Shown here in pieces: positions 1 to 8,009 of a stretch of 30,262 nucleotides of DNA; position 1 is the stretch's first letter, and every line of letters starts with the position of its first letter. The notes under the pieces are model-generated. The model had not been told where the DNA came from. It ran no database searches and was given only the letters and a program-made list of their open reading frames with translations. The position numbers and the translations under genes were made by a program. This DNA comes from Campylobacteraceae bacterium. Lineage in GTDB: Bacteria; Campylobacterota; Campylobacteria; Campylobacterales; Sulfurovaceae. Location: positions 1 through 30,262 of the forward strand of contig JALVVQ010000257.1 of NCBI GenBank assembly GCA_027023325.1, read 5' to 3'.

Positions 1-1141
1 CATGGATATTGCCATCTCCGGCATGTCCGAAACAGGGTACTTTCAGGTCATATTTGTCTCCGATGGCATAGATACGCTTGAGGGCTTCGGGGAGCATGGA
101 TCTGGGTACAGAGATGTCTTCATTGAGCTTTTTGTCGCCATAGTAGGTCACCGAAGGGGAGGCGGAGCGTCTGGCATACCAAAGTTTGTCTCTCTCCTCT
201 CCTGGATCTGCGACAATGAAGTCCTGCGCATGGTTCTCCCGGAATGATCTCTCCAGTGTCTCCAGTTGAAAGGCTACTTCTTCGATGACATTGCCATCCA
301 CATCCCCAATCAACAGGGCACCGGCATCTTTAGGAAGAGAGATCCCAATCTTCTCTTTGAGAGAGTGTACGACCAGTGAGTCGATAAACTCCATAGCCAC
401 AGGATTGGCGCCTGAGGCAAGAGATTTAAATACGGCATTCATCGCATCCTCCACAGAAGGGAAGATGCCCATATAAGCTTTGGTAAATCGTGGCTTGGGG
501 ATGAGCTTGAGTGTGATCTCTGTGGTGATGGCCAGTGTGCCTTCAGAGGCGATGAGGATGCCTGCGATGTTGTAGCCTGCGACATCTTTGATCGTACGCT
601 TTCCGGCACGAATGATCTCACCATTGGCCCGTACTGCACGCATCGCCATGACAAAATCTTTGGTAATCCCATATTTGGCAGCACGCATACCGCCGGCATT
701 TTCACTGACATTTCCACCGAGTGTAGAGTACTCCTCGCTGGCGGGATCAGGCGGATAGAAAAGTCCTACCGCCTCTGCGGCTTTTTGCAAATCCATATTG
801 ACCACACCTGGCTGTACGACAGCCACCATATTTTGGGTATCTATCTCCAAGATCTTGTTCATGTGCTTTTCCATTGCCAAAACAATACCACCATTGGTAG
901 GCAACGCCCCACCGGTAAAGCCGGAGCCGGCACCCCGTGGGGTAAGGGTAATCTTGTGATGGTTGCAGTAGACGAGGATGCGACTGACATCCTCTTCGTG
1001 TCGTGGGAACAATACCGCATCAGGCTCAAACCGTGTGCGTGTGGCATCATAGGCATAGGCGATGAGGTGTGCCTTGTCGCTATAGATATTTTCTTTTCCG
1101 ACAATAGCAGCAAGTGCTTCAATATGTTTCGTTTCCAGCAC
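1..1141 (-). CDS. glcD: FAD-linked oxidase, glycolate oxidase/lactate dehydrogenase subunit GlcD family (3' end runs off the window)
   Basis: Not in the ORF track because it is open at the left edge. Manual minus-strand translation from GTG at 1141 (AAGGA upstream) gives MLETKHIEALAAIVGKENIYSDKAH...PRGAGSGFTGGALP...PPDPAS...TLGGNVSENAGG...AAKYG...GHAGDGNIH, which are the VAO/PCMH-type FAD oxidase motifs. Confidence 0.9.
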   Translation of the reverse strand, partial: MLETKHIEALAAIVGKENIYSDKAHLIAYAYDATRTRFEPDAVLFPRHEEDVSRILVYCNHHKITLTPRGAGSGFTGGALPTNGGIVLAMEKHMNKILEIDTQNMVAVVQPGVVNMDLQKAAEAVGLFYPPDPASEEYSTLGGNVSENAGGMRAAKYGITKDFVMAMRAVRANGEIIRAGKRTIKDVAGYNIAGILIASEGTLAITTEITLKLIPKPRFTKAYMGIFPSVEDAMNAVFKSLASGANPVAMEFIDSLVVHSLKEKIGISLPKDAGALLIGDVDGNVIEEVAFQLETLERSFRENHAQDFIVADPGEERDKLWYARRSASPSVTYYGDKKLNEDISVPRSMLPEALKRIYAIGDKYDLKVPCFGHAGDGNIH

Positions 1142-1207
1142 AGTGAATTCCTTTTGGAGATTATATTATATTGATTATACTTCCAAAAACTTAATATGTT
1201 GATATTT

Positions 1208-1216
1208 TGGTATAAT
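1208..1216 (+). promoter_or_regulatory. Extended -10 promoter element (TGgTATAAT) upstream of the M23 peptidase gene
   Basis: Consensus match in the AT-rich divergent intergenic region, 26 nt before the TTG start, with an AGAGGA RBS in between. Confidence 0.55.
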
Positions 1217-1242
1217 CTTTTTAGAAAAAAAGAGGATAGGTC

Positions 1243-2475
1243 TTGAGGATTATTTTAGTACTTTTTGTTATGGCTGTTGCACTTTTTCCTGCAGAAACCA
1301 CGCAGAAAAAATGGAAAGAGGGAGAGATATTTTCTCGCTACTTGGAGGAAAATGATATTAGTACAGGTCTGCTCAAACACATCTCTACTACTGATTTGCA
1401 GTTTCTTTCGGAGATACAGGCAGGTGAGCTATTTTATGAGTTGCGAGATAAGGATAGGCTTTTACAGGCACTGATTCCTGTAGGAGAGGAGATGCAAATT
1501 CACCTCTTTCGGGATGTGAAGGGAGAGAAGTTTCACTTTGATATTATCCCTATTGCTTGTAAACGACTTACGGATTATGTAGCATTTTCTATTGAAAAAG
1601 GCCTCTATGAAGATATCAATCGTTGGACAAAAAATCCAAGACTAGGCTATTTGCTTAAAAAATACTATGGCAAAAATATCAACTTTAAAAACCTGCAAAA
1701 GGGAGACAATGTCTCTTTCGTCTATACCCAAAAAAGTAGGCTAGGAAAACCTTTTAGTTCTCCCAAAATCAAAGCATCTCTGATACGAAGCAAAGGAAAA
1801 GATAGATTTATTTTTTCTGATAAGGGAGTGTACTATGATGCAGTGCATAAAGATATCTCCTATAGTGTCGATAAAAAAATTTACACAGAGAAAGGGAAGT
1901 CTTTTGTGCGTCCTATACGGAAAATGCGCATCACTTCTAAGTTTACTTACAAGCGCTGGCATCCTATCCTCAAGCGATATAGACCTCATTTGGGTGTGGA
2001 TATTGGTGCCAAGAGAGGGACAAAAATCTATGCCACACATGCCGGAAAAGTAATCTATGCTGGATGGATGGGAGGATATGGCAAGGTCATTAAGATCAGG
2101 CATTCCAAGGGATTTGTCTCACTCTATGCACACCAAAGCAAATTAGCTGTCAAAAAAGGAGCATATGTCAAGAGGGGGCAGGTGATAGGATATGTGGGAA
2201 GTACAGGCAGAAGCACTGCCCCCCACCTACATTTTGGGCTGTATAAAAATGCCAAAGCAGTCAACCCAATGCAATATGTTGGAAAAAAGGCATTGAGTGA
2301 AAAACGCATGGAGATTAAAAAGATTACAAAACATCGAATCGTGGAGATACCAGGGGCGAAAAAGAATAAAAAAATGATGCTCGGGCTGCTACAAGGGGAG
2401 CCCAAAGGCTTTCGCTGGCAGACCTATGTCAAGCCCTATAACAGGATAGAGGAGAGAAAAAACTATGAAGAGTGA
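1243..2475 (+). CDS. M23 family peptidoglycan peptidase (Csd3/HdpA-like)
   Basis: N-terminal signal/anchor. LytM motifs HLGVD (HxxxD) and PHLHF (HxH), plus RITSKFTYKRWHPILK. TTG start. Confidence 0.88.
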   Translation: MRIILVLFVMAVALFPAETTQKKWKEGEIFSRYLEENDISTGLLKHISTTDLQFLSEIQAGELFYELRDKDRLLQALIPVGEEMQIHLFRDVKGEKFHFDIIPIACKRLTDYVAFSIEKGLYEDINRWTKNPRLGYLLKKYYGKNINFKNLQKGDNVSFVYTQKSRLGKPFSSPKIKASLIRSKGKDRFIFSDKGVYYDAVHKDISYSVDKKIYTEKGKSFVRPIRKMRITSKFTYKRWHPILKRYRPHLGVDIGAKRGTKIYATHAGKVIYAGWMGGYGKVIKIRHSKGFVSLYAHQSKLAVKKGAYVKRGQVIGYVGSTGRSTAPHLHFGLYKNAKAVNPMQYVGKKALSEKRMEIKKITKHRIVEIPGAKKNKKMMLGLLQGEPKGFRWQTYVKPYNRIEERKNYEE

Positions 2476-3034
2476 GATTACGCATTTTAGACTGGAGTCA
2501 TTGGAAGATCCGCAGTTTATCTCTGCCTCCTTGGCGCACTATGAGCAAAATGGTATTGCCAAAGATTGGGAAGTAGTAGAGGCACATGATAGTGTGGCGA
2601 TACTCATCTACCATAAAGGGCTTGATAGTTTTGTGCTGGTAAAGCAGTTTCGCCCTGCTGTCTATCTGCATAATGAGGATGGCATGACAGTAGAGCTTTG
2701 TGCTGGATTGGTTGACAAGGAGTTGACACTGGCGCAGATCGCCAAAGAGGAGATAGAAGAGGAGTGTGGTTTTGATGTTCCTGTGGAGAGTCTGACGCGG
2801 ATCACTTCGTTTTATACCTCTGTGGGCTTTGCGGGGAGTAAGCAGGCGATGTACTATGCGGAAGTGGATGAGACGATGCGGGTATCAGAGGGAGGAGGGA
2901 TCGATACGGAGTTGATCGAGGTGCTGACACTGCCTGTGTCAGAGGCAAAGGCATTTATCCATGATGAGACGATTGCCAAGACACCGGGCTTGATGTTTGC
3001 GTTTATGTGGTGGCTTGATAGAATTAGGAGTTAG
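2465..3034 (+). CDS. NUDIX hydrolase, nucleoside-diphosphate-sugar pyrophosphatase type (YffH/NudK-like)
   Basis: LVKQFRP motif and Nudix box ELCAGLVDK...AKEEIEEECG. Overlaps the upstream gene by 11 nt. Confidence 0.85.
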   Translation: MKSEITHFRLESLEDPQFISASLAHYEQNGIAKDWEVVEAHDSVAILIYHKGLDSFVLVKQFRPAVYLHNEDGMTVELCAGLVDKELTLAQIAKEEIEEECGFDVPVESLTRITSFYTSVGFAGSKQAMYYAEVDETMRVSEGGGIDTELIEVLTLPVSEAKAFIHDETIAKTPGLMFAFMWWLDRIRS

Positions 3035-3090
3035 GAGTTAGGAGTTAGGAGTTAGGAGTTAGGAATTAGGAATTGGGAATTGGGAATTGG
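3022..3090 (+). repeat. Heptamer tandem repeat: AATTAGG, (AGTTAGG)x5, AATTAGG, (AATTGGG)x2, AATTGG
   Basis: Read directly, about 10 units. A degenerate continuation AATTAGGAGT lies at 3131-3140. Confidence 0.95.
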
Positions 3091-3094
3091 CGGT

Positions 3095-3120
3095 GTAGGG
3101 TGTTGTGCCCTCACAACACC
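3095..3120 (+). repeat. GTAG-type REP-like hairpin GTAG-GGTGTTGTG-CCCT-CACAACACC
   Basis: Perfect 9-bp stem preceded by GTAG. 25/26 identical to the reverse complement of 10201-10226. Confidence 0.85.
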
Positions 3121-3121
3121 G

Positions 3122-4015
3122 TTAGGTAGAAATTAGGAGTTTTTTGTCACAGTAGCGTTCTTGTAGGCAGTGGTAGGATTCGATGCGTCTGTCTCGCAGA
3201 AAAGGCCAGATATTGCGTACTTCTTGGGTGCGGGCGTGGTGGATATCGGCGTAAAGGATGGTTTCGCTCTTGTCATCTGCCTGTGCCAGTAGTTCTCCCT
3301 GGGCTCCGCAGACAAAGCTGCTGCCCCAAAATCGTATCCCCTCCATCACGCCGGAGCTGTCCGGCTCGAAGCCTACACGGTTGCAGCTGAGGACGGGGAT
3401 ACCATTGGCGATAGCATGGGAGCGTTGAATAGTGATCCAGCTTTCACGCTGTCTGGTCTTTTCTGCTTTGCTGTCACTGTCAAACCAACCGATGGCTGTG
3501 GGGTAGATGAGTAGCTCTGCACCCTTGAGTGCCATGATACGGGCAGCTTCGGGGTACCACTGATCCCAGCAGATCAGTACACCGAGCTTCCCTACCGAGG
3601 TTTGAATAGGTTCAAATCCTAGATCACCTGGCGTAAAGTAAAATTTTTCATAAAATCCGGGATCATCAGGGATATGCATCTTGCGATATTTTCCCGCAAC
3701 AGAGCCATCCTTCTCAAAGACCACGGCGGTATTGTGATAGAGTCCGGGAGCACGCTTTTCAAAAAGAGAGGTGACCAGCACGATATGGTTGTCTCGTGCA
3801 ACACCTGACCAGTAGGCAATATCTTCTTCAAAGGTACTGCTGTAGTCGAAAAATTGGCTATCCTCGCTCTGGCAGAAGTATTCACTCTGGTGGAGTTCCT
3901 GGAGTATGATAAGTTCAGCACTGTTTTGGGTTGCTTTCGTAATTTGCTTCTGTGTAACCTGTAGTGTTTTCTTTTTTGTGTGATGGTATTTTTGTTGTAT
4001 TAATGCTGCTTTCAT
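3122..4015 (-). CDS. aguB: N-carbamoylputrescine amidohydrolase (carbon-nitrogen hydrolase family)
   Basis: Nitrilase triad context (LQELH, YRKMHIPDDPGFYEKFYFTPGD, ICWDQWYPEAAR). Close to agmatine deiminase. Confidence 0.88.
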   Translation of the reverse strand: MKAALIQQKYHHTKKKTLQVTQKQITKATQNSAELIILQELHQSEYFCQSEDSQFFDYSSTFEEDIAYWSGVARDNHIVLVTSLFEKRAPGLYHNTAVVFEKDGSVAGKYRKMHIPDDPGFYEKFYFTPGDLGFEPIQTSVGKLGVLICWDQWYPEAARIMALKGAELLIYPTAIGWFDSDSKAEKTRQRESWITIQRSHAIANGIPVLSCNRVGFEPDSSGVMEGIRFWGSSFVCGAQGELLAQADDKSETILYADIHHARTQEVRNIWPFLRDRRIESYHCLQERYCDKKLLIST

Positions 4016-4021
4016 AGCTGT

Positions 4022-4030
4022 AGTGTATCA
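4022..4030 (-). promoter_or_regulatory. Extended -10 (TGaTACACT) 6 nt upstream of the aguB ATG; candidate leaderless promoter
   Basis: Minus strand reads TGATACACT-ACAGCT-ATG, with no Shine-Dalgarno sequence. Confidence 0.5.
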
Positions 4031-4055
4031 AAATCTTACTTTTCTTGGCTTTTGG

Positions 4056-4064
4056 TGCTATAAT
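4056..4064 (+). promoter_or_regulatory. Extended -10 (TGcTATAAT) for the CAP-domain gene
   Basis: Perfect consensus. AAGGAG RBS lies before the ATG at 4100. Confidence 0.6.
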
Positions 4065-4099
4065 AGGGGATAAAATATTTTAGAACAAGGAGTGGACAC

Positions 4100-4762
4100 A
4101 TGAAAGGTTTGGTTTTTTGTATCGTTACGATTATTGGATTGGTTGGTTGTGGTGGAGGTTCTTCTGGAAATCCTCTTCCTGAAGGAACTATGAGCTCCTC
4201 AGACCTTAACCTGACAAAAGATATTCAAGAGAGTAAAATTGCTGATTATGATAAGACTGATCCAATCGAGGATCAGTATCTATCAATTATTAATTACCTC
4301 AGAAGTTTAAAAATAAAATGTAATGATTCTGAGGCAATTACCGGTCCTTCGGGAAAAGATATGAACTGGAATTCACTTTTAGCTGATGCTGCTAAAGAGC
4401 ATAGTGAAGATATGAATTTAAGTGCCTGGTATGATCATAATGGTTCAGGAACAATCAATGATATTACTGGTCAAACACTTACTCCTGTAAGGGCAAGTAT
4501 ATTTTCTGAGCGTATTGAGAATAACGGCTACAATGGTTCGCTAACAGCGGAAAATATTGCTATGATGAGGGCGAAACCTACAGCACCATCAGCCGACAGT
4601 TGGATAAAAGTAATGGAAGGCTGGATGAAAAGTACCCATGGGCATTGTTCAAATATTATGAATCCTAAACTAACAGAATTTGGTATGTATGAGTCTCGTG
4701 CAGATGTCAATGCAAGTGGATGGTACAATGTGTATTGGACACAAGACTTTGGCGGTCAGTAG
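4100..4762 (+). CDS. CAP/SCP (cysteine-rich secretory protein-like) domain lipoprotein
   Basis: Lipobox GLVG-C followed by a GGGSSG linker. CAP motifs INYLRS, AAKEHSEDM, YDHNGS, AENIA, GWMKSTHGHCSNIMNP and YWTQDFG. Confidence 0.85.
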   Translation: MKGLVFCIVTIIGLVGCGGGSSGNPLPEGTMSSSDLNLTKDIQESKIADYDKTDPIEDQYLSIINYLRSLKIKCNDSEAITGPSGKDMNWNSLLADAAKEHSEDMNLSAWYDHNGSGTINDITGQTLTPVRASIFSERIENNGYNGSLTAENIAMMRAKPTAPSADSWIKVMEGWMKSTHGHCSNIMNPKLTEFGMYESRADVNASGWYNVYWTQDFGGQ

Positions 4763-5757
4763 GCTACCTGCATCGTAGAACAGTGCAAACTCCCTCCTTG
4801 TTCTATGAGTTTTAGACAGTTGATAGGAATGATTTCCTTCTCGGGAAACAGACTTTCAAATATCTTATGTGCGATTTTATCCTTTTTGTCACTATAGGCA
4901 GGATAGAGAAGCGCATCATTGCAGATGAGAAAGTTGGCATAGGTGGCGGGGAGTCTCTCTCCTGCTTGGTTGTAGATAGCATCAGCCATAGGCAGCGGAA
5001 TGAGTGTATAGGGTTTTCCTTCTAGAGTGCGAAAAGCTTCTAACTGCATCTCCATCTGCTTCAGTGCCTCATAGTGCTCATCCTCCTTATTGTCGCACTT
5101 GACATAGGTAATTGTCTCTGGGTTGACAAAGCGCGCCAGTGTATCTATGTGTGAGTCCGTGTCATCCCCCGCAAGATAGCCGTCATCTAGCCATAGCACT
5201 CTTTTTGTACCTAGATATGTCTCTAGCTTTATTTCTACCTCTGCCTTGCTCAGCCCACCATTTCTATTGGGGTTGCACAGGCATTGTGAAGTGCTCAAGA
5301 CGGTGCCCTCTCCATCACTCTCTATAGAACCGCCTTCGAGTACAAAATCTATCTTCTCCAAAGGGGTGATACCCATATAGCCCTTCTTGTGTAAAACACT
5401 ATTGACGCTATTGTCAAGGGAAGCCTCAAATTTGCCGCCCCAGCCATCGAAGGTAAAGTCAAGCAGTCTTGTCTCGTCTCCTACTTTGAGTGAGATATAG
5501 CCATAATCTCTGATCCAAGTATCATCGGTGGGAATCTCAATGAAGCTTATGTTGTTTCTGGAACAGAAGTGACTACTGATTGCTTCTTTATCTTGGCAGA
5601 TGATATAAACAGGCTGGCTATAGGCAATCGCCTGAGCAATACGGATGAAAGGTGTCAGCGCTTCAGTGAGCCCATCTTCTGCCCAATCAGTCTCCTCGTG
5701 AGGAAAACTCATCAGAACATAGCGTTGTTTTTCCCATTCAGCTGGTATTCTTTTCAA
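4756..5757 (-). CDS. aguA: Agmatine deiminase (peptidyl-arginine deiminase family)
   Basis: PAEWE, DTWIRDYG, FDGWGGKF, LEGGSIESDGEGT, DDTDSHIDT and GGSLHC motifs. TTG start with AAGGAG 7 nt upstream. Confidence 0.92.
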   Translation of the reverse strand: MKRIPAEWEKQRYVLMSFPHEETDWAEDGLTEALTPFIRIAQAIAYSQPVYIICQDKEAISSHFCSRNNISFIEIPTDDTWIRDYGYISLKVGDETRLLDFTFDGWGGKFEASLDNSVNSVLHKKGYMGITPLEKIDFVLEGGSIESDGEGTVLSTSQCLCNPNRNGGLSKAEVEIKLETYLGTKRVLWLDDGYLAGDDTDSHIDTLARFVNPETITYVKCDNKEDEHYEALKQMEMQLEAFRTLEGKPYTLIPLPMADAIYNQAGERLPATYANFLICNDALLYPAYSDKKDKIAHKIFESLFPEKEIIPINCLKLIEQGGSLHCSTMQVAY

Positions 5758-5776
5758 TGTGTGGCTCCTTAAAATT

Positions 5777-5800
5777 GGTGCGATAGCAATTGCCCCCTAC
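5777..5800 (-). repeat. Degenerate GTAG REP-like hairpin (GTAG-GGGGCAAT-TGCT-ATCGCACC)
   Basis: Same 24-nt layout as the copy at 12227-12250, with two stem mismatches. Confidence 0.6.
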
Positions 5801-5802
5801 AC

Positions 5803-5823
5803 GTTTGGCACAGCCAAACCTAC
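5803..5823 (-). repeat. GTAG REP-like hairpin (GTAG-GTTTGGC-TGT-GCCAAAC)
   Basis: Perfect 7-bp stem with a GTAG foot, in tandem with 5777-5800 (2 nt apart). Confidence 0.7.
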
Positions 5824-5827
5824 GGAT

Positions 5828-5836
5828 ATGATACCA
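5828..5836 (-). promoter_or_regulatory. Extended -10 (TGgTATCAT) for aguA
   Basis: Minus-strand match just upstream of the two REP-like hairpins. Confidence 0.45.
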
Positions 5837-5871
5837 AATTTTTTAATTTTTAATTTTTAATTTTTAATTTT
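5837..5871. repeat. Heptamer tandem repeat (AATTTTT)x~5, which reads AATTAAA on the minus strand
   Basis: Read directly, between the divergent aguA and alr -10 elements. Confidence 0.9.
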
Positions 5872-5875
5872 CTAC

Positions 5876-5881
5876 TATAAT
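5876..5881 (+). promoter_or_regulatory. -10 hexamer TATAAT 5 nt before the alr ATG; candidate leaderless promoter
   Basis: TATAAT-TCTTT-ATG, with no purine-rich RBS upstream. Confidence 0.5.
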
Positions 5882-5886
5882 TCTTT

Positions 5887-6891
5887 ATGGCATTTATAAA
5901 AATAAACAAAGAAAATTTCTTTCACAATCTTAACCAAATTGTACTAAAAGTCGGTTCCATTGACAAGGTGGATGTAGTCCTCAAAGACAATGCCTATGGG
6001 CATGGACTAGAGATCATAGCAGCGCTCTCGCAGGAGTTTGGCATCAAACAAGCTGTGGTAATAAGCAGTGAAGAGGCGATGCAGGCAACCCCTTATTTTG
6101 ATCATATCCTTGTGCTCAACGGTACGCCTGTGGTGGACGAGAAGCTCTCTTTTGCAATTACAGATATGCGAGCACTGGAAGCTGTGGACAGTGGTGTGCA
6201 GATTGAGCTCAAGGTAGATACCGGGATGCATCGCAATGGTATCGCAATGGGGGACATAGAGAAGGCTCTAAAAATCATCAAGCTGCGAAACCTCCACCTG
6301 ATAGGTGTGATGACCCACTTCAGAAGTGCAGATATGCTGGGAAGCGAACTCTATTGGCAGCAGAAAAACTTTGAAATGGTCAAAAAAAAGGTGAGGGAGT
6401 CCCAGTGCGGTGAAGTGCGCTTCCATAGCCACAACTCTGCAGCAATCCTCAGAAGTAAGCACTTCGATGAAGATATCGCCAGGGCAGGGATTGCGATCTA
6501 TGGATGTAATGAGCTACCGGAAGCCTATGATATGGTAGAGCTCAAACCGGTACTTTCTCTTTGGGCACATCGTGCCTCTACCAGAGTGCTCAAAGAGGGA
6601 CAGAGGGTAGGCTATGGCGGTGACTTTACAGCAACAGAGCAGATGAAGGTTTCTACCTATGATCTAGGTTATGGAGATGGGTGGAGACGAGGTGAGAGTG
6701 CTCACCCTTATCTCACAGCGGAGGGGCTACCTATCCTAGGGCGTGTGTCGATGGATTTTATCTCTTTGGCGACGGACAAAGAGGAAGTATGCATCATGCA
6801 TGATGTCCAAGAGGCTGCCAGGCATTTTGGTACGATTAGCTATGAGATGACCACCATGCTCTCCCCTTCGATACAAAGGGTCGTAGTTTAG
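5887..6891 (+). CDS. alr: Alanine racemase
   Basis: PLP lysine motif [10 protein letters not shown], plus [24 protein letters not shown] and GRVSMD. Confidence 0.93.
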   Translation: MAFIKINKENFFHNLNQIVLKVGSIDKVDVVLKDNAYGHGLEIIAALSQEFGIKQAVVISSEEAMQATPYFDHILVLNGTPVVDEKLSFAITDMRALEAVDSGVQIELKVDTGMHRNGIAMGDIEKALKIIKLRNLHLIGVMTHFRSADMLGSELYWQQKNFEMVKKKVRESQCGEVRFHSHNSAAILRSKHFDEDIARAGIAIYGCNELPEAYDMVELKPVLSLWAHRASTRVLKEGQRVGYGGDFTATEQMKVSTYDLGYGDGWRRGESAHPYLTAEGLPILGRVSMDFISLATDKEEVCIMHDVQEAARHFGTISYEMTTMLSPSIQRVVV

Positions 6892-7910
6892 GCCGCTTTG
6901 CCGCTCATGCCCATAAGCTTGCCCCTAGAGATAATCTCCAGAGGAATGTCTCTTTGTGTGACCTTCTCGCAATATCCGATAGACTGCTTGAAGAGTGTTG
7001 CATCCTCTTCGCTGGAAACCACCAGCAGATCAGCCCCACTGTCCAGCGCATCCAGCAGCATGGTACCCATCTTGAGATAGGCCATTTTGGGGTTGGTCTG
7101 GACGATAGTTTGTCCGGCAAGTTTGTTGGCCTTATCAAAGCGAATCGCTTGGGCACCTTTGCTCTCTATCTGCGCCAAAGTACTCTCCATGATGCCCTGG
7201 GACATTTCATCCATACCAGCATAGAAGGCAACATGTCTGCCTTCCAATGTGGTGACTTCTGAGGCCTTATACTTTCTGCTAAACAGAGGCTTATAACGGA
7301 TTTTTGGAGATTTTGCCATCTCTCGAAGTTTTGCAATGCTGACTTCATGATTCTCAGCACGGAAGAGATTGTTTTCGTATTCACATTCCCAGAGTCCTTC
7401 ATGATGGCTGCTTACTGCCTCCAGAATCTCTGCTTTGTGTGGATTGTTCTCCAGAATCAATTTATGTGCCAGTATCAGAATGGCATCTCCAATATATTGA
7501 TTATTGTAATGGTAGGTCTCCGAGGCATAATGAAGAGGATAGAGCCGCTCATAATAAGCCTTGTCCTCCTCTGTGGCATAGGGAGCCAGCAGGGAAAAAC
7601 TTTCCATAAAATCTTCATCATTGATGATCAGGCCTTTGGTGGAGCGATAGGCAGAGACAGGATCAATCTGTAGTGAGGTACCGAATCTATTGGTGATTTC
7701 CTTGACGCTTTGGCTACCATCAAGAACCAGACCATTGATTCTAAAATAAAGTCTCTCTTTGGGATAGGCGAACTGAAAGGCTTTTTCTTTGATGAGAGGC
7801 AACAGTTCTTTGACCGCCATACCCTCGTCGGCTTGGATTGCAAAGAGCTTGTAGTAGGGAAGATAATCCAATTGTGCATTAAAAAAATAGGCTTTAATAT
7901 GTAGGGTCAT
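6888..7910 (-). CDS. Conserved Campylobacterota protein resembling a degenerate Sdh/Frd Fe-S subunit N-terminus plus an HdrB-like C-terminus (DUF5644-like)
   Basis: [12 protein letters not shown] at the N-terminus. The C-terminal [18 protein letters not shown] segment resembles the CCG-domain tail. Family assignment is from recall. Confidence 0.5.
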   Translation of the reverse strand: MTLHIKAYFFNAQLDYLPYYKLFAIQADEGMAVKELLPLIKEKAFQFAYPKERLYFRINGLVLDGSQSVKEITNRFGTSLQIDPVSAYRSTKGLIINDEDFMESFSLLAPYATEEDKAYYERLYPLHYASETYHYNNQYIGDAILILAHKLILENNPHKAEILEAVSSHHEGLWECEYENNLFRAENHEVSIAKLREMAKSPKIRYKPLFSRKYKASEVTTLEGRHVAFYAGMDEMSQGIMESTLAQIESKGAQAIRFDKANKLAGQTIVQTNPKMAYLKMGTMLLDALDSGADLLVVSSEEDATLFKQSIGYCEKVTQRDIPLEIISRGKLMGMSGKAA

Positions 7911-8009
7911 GAGGATACTCCGTAAATGATAGTGTAGTAATATTTTGTTATTTTACTCTATTGATACCCAAAGGAGTCTAAAAGAGAGAATCTTCTCAAG
8001 CCTCAGTCT

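Noticed and set aside
2-1174. ORF-track entries 2-247, 285-476, 439-717, 785-1174 and 859-1122
   Set aside because: They are shadow frames of glcD, which occupies 1-1141 on the minus strand and was missed only because it is open-ended.
3022-3120. Repeat region as a CRISPR array or telomere
   Set aside because: Units are 7 nt with no spacers, there are no cas genes, and the region is internal to a chromosomal gene cluster.
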